DNA of 64,000 nucleotides from an uncultured Rhizobium sp. (GTDB lineage: Bacteria; Pseudomonadota; Alphaproteobacteria; Rickettsiales; UBA1997), in assembly GCA_964447395.1 (NCBI GenBank), contig CAYUSO010000006.1, positions 10,154-74,153 of the forward strand, written 5' to 3'. Below, piece by piece: positions 1 through 7,641 of this stretch. The position numbers were made by a program, and so were the translations under genes. Below the pieces are notes generated by a model that saw nothing but the letters and a program-made list of their open reading frames with translations, did no database searches and was not told the origin of the DNA. Every line of letters starts with the position of its first letter. Positions within the stretch are counted from its first letter, which is position 1.

Positions 1-400
1 CAACAATATTTTCAGAATTAATCTTATATTTTTCGATGAGATAGCGGCAGAGATCAACTCCTGCCTGCATTTGTGCCGTTTCAAACTTTTTGCTAAAAGG
101 TGCAGAATTTAAAAATTCAATACCGATAGAAGATTTGTTAAGGCCATCAACGCCGCGCCAGAAGCTGATTCCAGCGTGATAAGCAACATCATTTTCATCT
201 ACTAACTCAAAAATTTTTCCTGACTCATCAATGAGAAAATGTGAGCTAACTTCATGTTGACGAAACATCTCCAAAGCCGCGTCAGCGGAAGGTGATTCCA
301 CGTGATGTAAAACTAAAAAATCGATTTTTCGTGGTTCGATTCTTTTATCAAAAAATTTAGGAAATTCGAAAAATTTTTTACTGCGATCGATGATGATCAT
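1..400 (-). CDS. ampD: N-acetylmuramoyl-L-alanine amidase (AmpD-like, amidase_2); 3' end runs off the window
   Basis: Not in the ORF track because it is open to the window edge. Minus-strand translation from the ATG at 400 reads MIIIDRSKKFFEFPKFFDKRIEPRKIDFLVLHHVESPS...VAYHAGISFWRGVDGLNKSSIGIEF. This fits the AmpD pattern (HH ... AYHAG.S.W.G ... LN..SIGIE). Confidence 0.75.
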   Translation of the reverse strand, partial: MIIIDRSKKFFEFPKFFDKRIEPRKIDFLVLHHVESPSADAALEMFRQHEVSSHFLIDESGKIFELVDENDVAYHAGISFWRGVDGLNKSSIGIEFLNSAPFSKKFETAQMQAGVDLCRYLIEKYKINSENIV

Positions 401-430
401 TTTTTTAAATAGATTGGTTTTTCTTACTTG

Positions 431-565
431 TCTTAAGTTCCCCGAGCGTTCTTAGTTCCCCGAGCGGAGTCGAGGGGATGAGAGTCGGCTTTTTCACCCC
501 TCGACTCCGCTCGGGGAGCTAAGAACCCGCGAAGAGCTAAGAACTCGAGGGGAGCTAAGAACTTG
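431..565. repeat. Family A palindromic element, compound copy A1
   Basis: Core AGTTCCCCGAGCGGAGTCGAGGGG at 454-477 and its reverse complement at 497-520, with a 19-nt spacer. Flanked by degenerate sub-repeats: cttaagttcccc/cttagttcccc on the left and gagctaagaac three times on the right. Confidence 0.9.
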
Positions 566-662
566 CTCCTGGATCTGTCTTTGACATTAATTTTTCAAAA
601 ACTAGTTTCCGCCCGCTTTTTAAATTGGGCTTCGGAGCCTACAATCTCAAAGGAATTCAACA

Positions 663-2972
663 ATGGCTACTAAAAAAGACGCAACAAAAACTACAATAAA
701 AACTTCAACGGCAAGAACCTCAAAAGAAATTGAAGCGTTGCAATTTCACCTTCAAGGCCAGCCAGGAAAAGTTGCGATGCACGCAACCAAGCCGCTTAAC
801 ACTCAACGCGATCTTGCCCTCGCTTACTCTCCCGGAGTCGCAGTACCATGTTTGGAAATTCAAAAATCTCCCGATCTTGCTTACGATTACACCTCAAAAG
901 GGAATTATGTTGCGGTTATTTCCAACGGAACGGCGGTTCTTGGATTAGGAAATCTCGGCGCTCTCGCAGGAAAGCCGGTGATGGAAGGAAAGTCGGTTTT
1001 GTTCAAACGTTTTGCCGACATCGATTCAGTTGATATCGAAGTTGCCACTGAAAATGCTGATGAATTCATCAATGCTGTAAAATATTTGGGGCCAACTTGG
1101 GGTGGCATCAACCTAGAAGATATCAAGGCTCCCGAGTGCTTCATCATCGAAAGCAAATTGCGCGAAATCATGGATATTCCAGTTTTTCATGACGATCAAC
1201 ACGGCACCGCAATCATCTCTGCCGCTGGAATTATCAATGCTCTGCATATTTCTGGTAAAAAATTTAAAGAAATAAAAGTAGTCGTAAATGGCGCTGGCGC
1301 TGCGGGAATTGCCTGTTTGGAACTTCTGAAAGCCATGGGCTTACCGCATGAAAATGCAATTTTATGCGACACTAAAGGCACAATTTACAAAGGCCGCACT
1401 GATGGCATGAATCAATGGAAGTCAGCTCATGCCGTTAATACCAAGGCTCGCACTTTGGCTGAGGCAATGAAAGGCGCTGACGTATTTTTAGGTCTTTCCG
1501 TTAAAGGCGCGGTGACGAAGGAAATGGTGAAATCAATGGCGAAAAATCCAGTGATTTTTGCCATGGCAAATCCTGATCCAGAAATCACGCCTGAAGAAGT
1601 TCATGCAACTCGCAATGATGCTATCGTTGCAACTGGTCGCTCTGATTATGAAAACCAAGTTAATAACGTAATGGGCTTTCCTTATATCTTCCGCGGTGCG
1701 CTTGATGTTCGTGCTTCAACGATCAATGAAGAAATGAAAATCGCCGCAGCAAAAGCTATCGCCGAACTTGCTCGCGAGCACGTTCCTGATGAAGTGATCA
1801 AAGCCTATGGCGGTCGCGATATGAAATTTGGCAAACATTACATCATTCCAACTCCATTTGACGCGCGCTTGATCTATGTCGTTCCAATGGCGGTCGCGAG
1901 AGCTGCAATTGAAACTGGTGTTGCGCGTAAACCGATCAAAGATTGGGATGCTTATAAAAAACAACTTCAGGCGCGTCGCGATCCTTCAGTGAACAGCCTG
2001 AGCATGATCTTCGAGAAACTGGAACGTAATCCGAAAAAAGTAATTTTTGCTGAAGGTGAACAGCCAGAAATCATTCGCGTTGCCGCAATGTGGCGCGATA
2101 GTGGCTATGGTAAGCCAATTCTTATCGGTAAAGAAAAACGCATTTTGGAAAACATGGCCGAGGCCAATGTCAGCAGAAATGGTATTGAAATTTACAACGC
2201 CTCAATCTCTGACGAAAACAGCAAATTCACTGACTATCTCTACAAAAAATTGCAACGCGAAGGTGTTTTGCGTTCTGATTGCGCGCGCATGGTGAAAAAT
2301 GATCGCAATATTTTCGCAGCCTCAATGTTAGCTTGTGGACATGGCGACGCTCTGATCACCGGTCTTACTCGCGGCTATCGCAAATCACTAACCGATGTCT
2401 GGAAAGTGATTAAAAATAAAAAAGACAAAACTGTTCTTGGTATGTCGATGGTTATTTCCAAGGGCAAAACAATTTTTATCTCTGATACCGCTTGTTCAGA
2501 GCTTTCTTCCTCTGAGCAATTAGTAAAAATTGCTATTCAAACTGCAAAAAAAGTTCGTGATATGGGATATGAGCCACGGGTCGCATTCCTATCTTTCTCG
2601 AATTTTGGAAGCGCCCTAAAAACAGAATCTGAGCGCGTCAAATCCGCGGTTGAGATTCTCGACAACATGAAGAAAGGGGAAATAGATTTCGAATATGACG
2701 GTGAAATGACGGCTGACGTCGCTTTAAACATGGATAAAATGTCAAAATATCCATTCTGTCGCCTAACCGCTCCGGCCAATATTTTAATCTGTCCAGGCCT
2801 GCATTCTGCAAGCATCGCAACCAAGCTTCTTGAGGAAGTTGGTAATTGTACCGTCATTGGTCCGATTTTGGATGGTTTGGAAAAATCAGTTCAAATCGTC
2901 ACTATGCGCTCTTCAATCAACGACATTCTGAACATGGCCGCAATTGCCGCCGTGGGGTCTTCAAGCAAATAA
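663..2972 (+). CDS. maeB: NADP-dependent malic enzyme (MaeB type, with C-terminal phosphate-acetyltransferase-like domain)
   Basis: 769-aa ORF. The N-terminal malic-enzyme and Rossmann region (VVVNGAGAAGIA) is followed by a ~330-aa PTA-like domain, the typical MaeB architecture. Confidence 0.95.
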   Translation: MATKKDATKTTIKTSTARTSKEIEALQFHLQGQPGKVAMHATKPLNTQRDLALAYSPGVAVPCLEIQKSPDLAYDYTSKGNYVAVISNGTAVLGLGNLGALAGKPVMEGKSVLFKRFADIDSVDIEVATENADEFINAVKYLGPTWGGINLEDIKAPECFIIESKLREIMDIPVFHDDQHGTAIISAAGIINALHISGKKFKEIKVVVNGAGAAGIACLELLKAMGLPHENAILCDTKGTIYKGRTDGMNQWKSAHAVNTKARTLAEAMKGADVFLGLSVKGAVTKEMVKSMAKNPVIFAMANPDPEITPEEVHATRNDAIVATGRSDYENQVNNVMGFPYIFRGALDVRASTINEEMKIAAAKAIAELAREHVPDEVIKAYGGRDMKFGKHYIIPTPFDARLIYVVPMAVARAAIETGVARKPIKDWDAYKKQLQARRDPSVNSLSMIFEKLERNPKKVIFAEGEQPEIIRVAAMWRDSGYGKPILIGKEKRILENMAEANVSRNGIEIYNASISDENSKFTDYLYKKLQREGVLRSDCARMVKNDRNIFAASMLACGHGDALITGLTRGYRKSLTDVWKVIKNKKDKTVLGMSMVISKGKTIFISDTACSELSSSEQLVKIAIQTAKKVRDMGYEPRVAFLSFSNFGSALKTESERVKSAVEILDNMKKGEIDFEYDGEMTADVALNMDKMSKYPFCRLTAPANILICPGLHSASIATKLLEEVGNCTVIGPILDGLEKSVQIVTMRSSINDILNMAAIAAVGSSSK

Positions 2973-2999
2973 AATGCGATAAAATATTGAGGAAAAAAT

Positions 3000-3425
3000 A
3001 TGTCAAAAAGTCCGAGCTCTTCTGGTCCTAGTATTCATGAATTAATCGCTTCCGGCGCCGTTGGAGGCGGAAGCATTCGTTCTGGTGGATCTGTCGGCAT
3101 AAGCCATGGTGAAGGGCATGATGAAGAGGGAAATATGATAAAAGGCATGCTTCCAACTGAGGGAAAAAGCATTGATGAGCTTATAAATCATGGTGGAATT
3201 TCCCTCGCTCCCGAAAAACATTTGGGAAATTTACTTCCATCCGAAGGCCCTTTTTCTAACAACTTAGATCTCTCCAAAGCCGTTAATTATTTAGTGACCG
3301 CTGAGGCTCAAGGCGACAATATCAAGCTAGAACAGCTAACTGATAAAATTACCCCACCAACAGTTGCAAGCAACGAAGGTAAACTTGGAGAGCTCAGCTT
3401 CCGCGGTTCGGGAGCTAGAGAATAA
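3000..3425 (+). CDS. hypothetical Gly/Ser-rich protein
   Basis: 141-aa ORF with GAGGA about 8 nt upstream of the ATG. Low-complexity N-terminus (SSSGPS, GGGSIRSGGSVG). No family recognised. Confidence 0.5.
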   Translation: MSKSPSSSGPSIHELIASGAVGGGSIRSGGSVGISHGEGHDEEGNMIKGMLPTEGKSIDELINHGGISLAPEKHLGNLLPSEGPFSNNLDLSKAVNYLVTAEAQGDNIKLEQLTDKITPPTVASNEGKLGELSFRGSGARE

Positions 3426-3613
3426 TGCGAGATAAAAATCCCGAAACAGACCAAAAAAAATGCGGTGAATCTTGCGGATGTCAGGAGATGAAGGAAGAGA
3501 TAAAAAAAGATCTGACTGCTGAAAAAAATCCAAAAACTTCCGAGAAAAAAACCGAGTTAGATCCAACCCATTTCGGCGATTGGCAGGTGAATTGTCGCGC
3601 GATTGATTTTTAA
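3425..3613 (+). CDS. DUF1674 / SDHAF4-like small protein
   Basis: 62-aa ORF overlapping the previous stop (TAATG). The C-terminal DPTHFGDWQVNCRAIDF matches the GDW..G...DF tail of DUF1674 proteins common in alphaproteobacteria. Confidence 0.7.
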   Translation: MRDKNPETDQKKCGESCGCQEMKEEIKKDLTAEKNPKTSEKKTELDPTHFGDWQVNCRAIDF

Positions 3614-3678
3614 AAACGATGACGATTTAGCTATGGATCTAGTGCCAGACTGGGTCTGCAACCCACGTCCCGCATCGA

Positions 3679-3757
3679 GATCTCAGCTCCCCGAGCGAAG
3701 TCGAGGGGACGTGAGTTCGTTTTTCCACCCCTCGACTTCGCTCGGGGAGCTGAGATC
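3679..3757. repeat. Family A palindromic element, copy A2
   Basis: gatctcagctccccgagcgaagtcgagggg at 3679-3708 and cccctcgacttcgctcggggagctgagatc at 3728-3757. Imperfect pairing extends outward (cgtcc at 3666-3670, ggacg at 3767-3771). Confidence 0.9.
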
Positions 3758-3844
3758 AACCGTTGGACGGGGGTTCAAATCAGGTCCTGCATCTCGTTTA
3801 ATCTGTCATTCCGAAACTTGTTCCATGATTCGTCTTTCCGCAAA

Positions 3845-5092
3845 CTAAATCACAATTTTTTTCTTCACCCCACTCACCTTCCCAATCGCTGCAAATGTTG
3901 GCTTTGAGCCGCTAAAAATTTTCTCTGCCAATTTCGTCACATCTGATTTTTTTACCGCCGAAATCTTCTTCATAATTTCGTGGTCAGATTGAATTTTTCC
4001 GAGCGACAAAATATCCGAACCAAGCTTTTGCATTCTCGTGCTAGTGCTTTCTTTTGCCATCAACAAACTAGCTTCAAACTGCGTCCTTACTCGTTCCATC
4101 TCTTTATCAGAAATCTTTTCGCAGATTTTTTTTATCTGATCGCAAGTCGCAGAAATTAATTCATTAGCTTTTTCTGGCGTAGTTCCGGCGTAAATTCCAA
4201 ATATTCCCGAATCATGATGTGCCTGATTGAAGGCATAGATTGAATAAGCTAGGCCGCGCTGTTCGCGTACTTCTTGAAATAATCGTGACGACATTCCGCC
4301 ACCTAAAATCATCGCTAAAATTTGTGAGGTGTAATAATCGCGATCCAAGTAAGACAAGCCTTTAAAGCCCATCACTAAGTTTATTTGTTCGAGTTTTTTT
4401 TCTTTTCTGAAATCGCCACCAGAATATTTTGCTGCTTGTGGAGCCTTGATTTTCGCGCTTCCGAAGCCAGTAAAATATTTTTTCACCCACTTCTCCAAAT
4501 CTTTTTCTTTAATCGCGCCCGCCGCAACTACCGCCATGTTTTGGTAGTTATATTGCTTGCCGATATAGTTGGTAAAATCTTCGCGCGAAAATTTTTTAAT
4601 ATTTTTTACCGGCCCGAGAATCGAACGCCCGAGGGCTTGCGCGGGATATGCAGTTTCCTGAAAATAATCAAAAATAATGTCGTCAGGAGTGTCATTGGTC
4701 ATGGCGATTTCCTGCAAAATCACGCCGCGTTCTTTTTCCAATTCCACTTTGTCGAATGTAGAATTTTGCAAAATATCAGCGAGAAATTCGACGGCAAATT
4801 CCGCGTGCTGCTTCAAAACTTTTGCATAATAAACGGTTTTCTCCTTAGAGGTATAAGCGTTGATGCGTCCACCAATTCCCTCAAATTCTTCAGCAATTTC
4901 TTTGGCATTTCTCTTCGTAGTTCCCTTGAAAGCCATATGTTCGAGGAAGTGCGAAATGCCGTTAATCTCAGGTGTTTCATAGCGCGAACCGGTATTGACG
5001 AAGACACCGACGGAAACGGTTTCAACATCTTTCATTTCGTCGGTAGCAAGGCGCAGGCCGTTTGGGAGGGTGACTATTTGTTGGTTTGACAT
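3845..5092 (-). CDS. M16 family zinc peptidase (mitochondrial-processing-peptidase-like)
   Basis: 415 aa. Inverted zinc motif HFLEHMAFKGT (HxxEH) near the N-terminus and a two-lobed M16 layout. Confidence 0.9.
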   Translation of the reverse strand: MSNQQIVTLPNGLRLATDEMKDVETVSVGVFVNTGSRYETPEINGISHFLEHMAFKGTTKRNAKEIAEEFEGIGGRINAYTSKEKTVYYAKVLKQHAEFAVEFLADILQNSTFDKVELEKERGVILQEIAMTNDTPDDIIFDYFQETAYPAQALGRSILGPVKNIKKFSREDFTNYIGKQYNYQNMAVVAAGAIKEKDLEKWVKKYFTGFGSAKIKAPQAAKYSGGDFRKEKKLEQINLVMGFKGLSYLDRDYYTSQILAMILGGGMSSRLFQEVREQRGLAYSIYAFNQAHHDSGIFGIYAGTTPEKANELISATCDQIKKICEKISDKEMERVRTQFEASLLMAKESTSTRMQKLGSDILSLGKIQSDHEIMKKISAVKKSDVTKLAEKIFSGSKPTFAAIGKVSGVKKKIVI

Positions 5093-5128
5093 GAGAGAAT
5101 TTTTCTTAAGAATTTAGTTTATATTAAA

Positions 5129-5195
5129 GCCCCTCGACTCCGCTTGGGGAACTAAAAAACTCCAATTTTTAGTTCCCCAAGCGGAGTCGAGGGGC
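5129..5195. repeat. Family A palindromic element, permuted copy A3
   Basis: gcccctcgactccgcttggggaact, then a 17-nt spacer, then agttccccaagcggagtcgaggggc. The arms are in the opposite order to A1, A2, A5, A6, A7 and A8. Confidence 0.9.
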
Positions 5196-5213
5196 TATTT
5201 TTTCAAATTCATC

Positions 5214-7094
5214 ATGCGCTCCCCTCCACTATTGTCAATCCGCGACGCCACTATCTCCTTCGCCAAAAAAGTTCTTTTTGAAAATCTTCATCTTCATCTT
5301 TTTCCGCGTGATCGCGTTTGCTTGATTGGCAAAAATGGCGTCGGAAAAACTAGTTTGATGAATGCGATTGCTGGACAATTTGATCTCGATTGCGGTGAAC
5401 GCTGGATCACGCCTCACGCCATTGTTGGTTATTTGACGCAAAGTGAAAAACTGCCTTCAGGCCTTACGGTGTTTGATTTCATCATGTCTGGCATAAAACT
5501 TGATGAGCATAAAACTTACCTCATCGACATCGTTTGTGATCACCTAAAAGTCGATAAAAATGCCTTCACACAAAATCTTTCTGGTGGGCAGAAACGCCGC
5601 GTCAATCTTGCTCGCGCATTGGTTTTAGAACCTGATATTTTGCTACTCGATGAGCCAACAAATCACCTCGATTTGGAAGTGATTGAATGGTTAGAAAATT
5701 ACTTACAGAGCTTTCAAGGCGCGCTGCTAGTGATTTCGCACGATCGCAAATTTCTCGAAAAAATTTCCAACAAAGTTTTTTGGCTGCGCGCCGGACAGTT
5801 AAAAATTAATCAAAACGGTTATCGCGATTTCGATGAATGGTCGCAAAAAATTATCGAGCATGAACAAAGAGAGTTGACGAATTTAGAAAAGAAAGTCGGA
5901 CTCGAAAGCGGCTGGCTACAAACCGGTGTGACCGGAAGAAGAAAAAGAAACATCGGTCGCCTCCACTATTTGCAAGAGTTGCGAACGAAATTGGAAGCGC
6001 AAAAAAGATTGGTAAAAGCGAATCAGAGCTACATGAAAATCGAATCGCAAAAAATCGAGGAAGACGCGCCGCAGGTGATTTTGAGTTTGAATAATGTGAG
6101 CAAGAGTTTTTCTCGAGACCCCTCGACTCCGCTCGGGGAGCCGAATGAATCTAGTTCCCCGAGCGAAGTCGAGGGGCCAAAAAACCTCATCGAAAAATTC
6201 TCCCTAAAAATCCTCCGTGGCGAAAAAATCGGAATTATCGGCCGCAATGGCGCAGGAAAATCTACGCTTTTAAAAATGATGATTGGTGAAATTAAGCCCG
6301 ATTCTGGAACCGTCAAACCAGCCCGCGACATAAGCATTTCCTACTTCGATCAATCGCGCAGTAAAATAAAACCGACTTCAACAATTCAAGAAATTCTCTG
6401 CGATTCTGGTTCCGATTACGTCAAACTCGCTGGCGATAAAACCATGCATATTTGCGGCTATCTCAAGAATTTTTTATTCGATCCCAAAGAAACTCAAACA
6501 TTGGCCGGAACATTGTCTGGCGGGCAACAAAACCGTTTATTGCTGGCAAAAACTTTGGCGAATCCGGGAAATTTTATGATCCTCGACGAACCAACAAATG
6601 ATCTCGACATGGATAGTTTGGATATGTTGCAGGAATATTTGATGAGCTACAAAGGCACGCTAATCGTGGTTTCACACGATCGTGATTTTTTGGATAATGT
6701 GGCAACAAGCATTCTTGCCTTTGAGGGAAATGCAAAAATAAGTAATCATGTTGGCGGTTATTCGGATTATTTGGAATATAGGCAGAAGCATGATTCTCCT
6801 GTCCCCAAAGCGCCTCCAGTCTCTTCAAAAACTATTGAAAATATTGCTGTTGCGAGTGGAAATTCGAATGCAAAAAAACTCAGCTATAAGTACCGACTTG
6901 AGCTCGAAAAACTTCCGCAGAAAATTGAGAAGCTTGAAGAAAAAATTCGTGAGCTGAGTGAAGAGTTGAGTGAGACTGAAGATAGGAATTCGGCAAATTT
7001 GGCCCATATCGCAATTGAAATCGCAAAATATCAGAAGGAGCTTAATGCTGCGGAAGAGCGCTGGCTTGAGCTTGAAGAGATGAATCAAGTTTGA
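5214..7094 (+). CDS. uup: ABC-F family ATPase, Uup-like, carrying an in-frame family A element
   Basis: 626 aa. Two ABC cassettes: Walker A GKNGVGKTS and GRNGAGKST, signatures LSGGQKRR and LSGGQQNR. C-terminal coiled coil KLSYKYRLELEKLPQKIEKLEEKI. Confidence 0.9.
   Translation: MRSPPLLSIRDATISFAKKVLFENLHLHLFPRDRVCLIGKNGVGKTSLMNAIAGQFDLDCGERWITPHAIVGYLTQSEKLPSGLTVFDFIMSGIKLDEHKTYLIDIVCDHLKVDKNAFTQNLSGGQKRRVNLARALVLEPDILLLDEPTNHLDLEVIEWLENYLQSFQGALLVISHDRKFLEKISNKVFWLRAGQLKINQNGYRDFDEWSQKIIEHEQRELTNLEKKVGLESGWLQTGVTGRRKRNIGRLHYLQELRTKLEAQKRLVKANQSYMKIESQKIEEDAPQVILSLNNVSKSFSRDPSTPLGEPNESSSPSEVEGPKNLIEKFSLKILRGEKIGIIGRNGAGKSTLLKMMIGEIKPDSGTVKPARDISISYFDQSRSKIKPTSTIQEILCDSGSDYVKLAGDKTMHICGYLKNFLFDPKETQTLAGTLSGGQQNRLLLAKTLANPGNFMILDEPTNDLDMDSLDMLQEYLMSYKGTLIVVSHDRDFLDNVATSILAFEGNAKISNHVGGYSDYLEYRQKHDSPVPKAPPVSSKTIENIAVASGNSNAKKLSYKYRLELEKLPQKIEKLEEKIRELSEELSETEDRNSANLAHIAIEIAKYQKELNAAEERWLELEEMNQV
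6119..6176. repeat. Family A palindromic element, permuted copy A4, inside the uup ORF
   Basis: cccctcgactccgctcggggagc at 6119-6141 and agttccccgagcgaagtcgagggg at 6153-6176. Translated in frame as DPSTPLGEPNESSSPSEVEG. Confidence 0.9.
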
Positions 7095-7096
7095 TT

Positions 7097-7504
7097 TTAC
7101 CGCACTGCGAAGCAGGAAAAGTAGAGTTTTTTATCGCCAAATAGGAACGGAAAAATTTCTTCTGCGGAATCTTCGTCGTGACATGAATCCTTCTGCATCA
7201 ACAACTCACTTCCATTCGCTAAATAAAAACACAATCCGTGATCCATCAATTCACGCATCGCTTCGGCATATTTTATTTTCGAATATCTCACCATGGTTTC
7301 AAATTGACTACGCTCCAAGCAGCCAATAATCCCCTGCTTCGCGGTGATTTTTACTTTTTGATCAAATGGTAATTTTGAATCTTCTTCAACTATTTCTGGC
7401 TTGGTAAGATTGTATTTTTCGGAATAGATCCTGATTGCAGTGGTGATGATTATAGAGAGGATGAAGATGGTTATGAATTTGTGCATAAGATTATTTTTCG
7501 GCAA
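7097..7504 (-). CDS. hypothetical membrane-anchored protein
   Basis: 135-aa ORF with an N-terminal hydrophobic helix FITIFILSIIITTAI. No family recognised. The start could instead be the ATG at 7486. Confidence 0.5.
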   Translation of the reverse strand: MPKNNLMHKFITIFILSIIITTAIRIYSEKYNLTKPEIVEEDSKLPFDQKVKITAKQGIIGCLERSQFETMVRYSKIKYAEAMRELMDHGLCFYLANGSELLMQKDSCHDEDSAEEIFPFLFGDKKLYFSCFAVR

Positions 7505-7604
7505 GAGAGTAGCACGTCCACCTTACCTCGCCAGTTTTTAAGAATTTTTAATCTTGCAAATCTATTGTCGCTGTAGCGCGCGTGGTTTTAGCGATGGCGG
7601 TAAA

Positions 7605-7635
7605 ATGAGTTATAGAAAAAATTTCTATAACTCAT
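7605..7635 (-). terminator. possible weak intrinsic terminator downstream of ppdK
   Basis: On the minus strand: ATGAGTTATAGAAA, loop TTT, TTTCTATAACTCAT, then TTTACC. The stem is 14 bp but AT-rich, and the U-tract is short. Confidence 0.35.
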
Positions 7636-7641
7636 GATCTA

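Noticed and set aside
3761-3800. gggggttcaaatc resembling a tRNA/tmRNA T-arm
   Set aside because: The sequence after the TTCAAAT loop (caggtcc) does not pair with GGGGG. No acceptor or anticodon stems could be built on either strand. No tRNA-like structure was found in any other intergenic gap either.
3603-3848. 81-aa ORF in the maeB/M16 convergent gap
   Set aside because: It is essentially a read-through of palindromic element A2 (SQLPERSRGDVSSFFHPSTSLGEL). The core is stop-free in all frames, so spurious ORFs are expected. There is no ribosome-binding site or family signal.
4385-5089. 234-aa ORF antisense to the M16 peptidase
   Set aside because: It lies fully inside a strongly supported gene on the opposite strand. 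It is low-complexity and Phe-rich, typical of antisense frames in AT-rich DNA. The same reasoning applies to 27654-28130 (antisense aroA), 56083-56655 (antisense fadB-like), 60295-60759 (antisense argD), 20964-21374 and 8432-8827.
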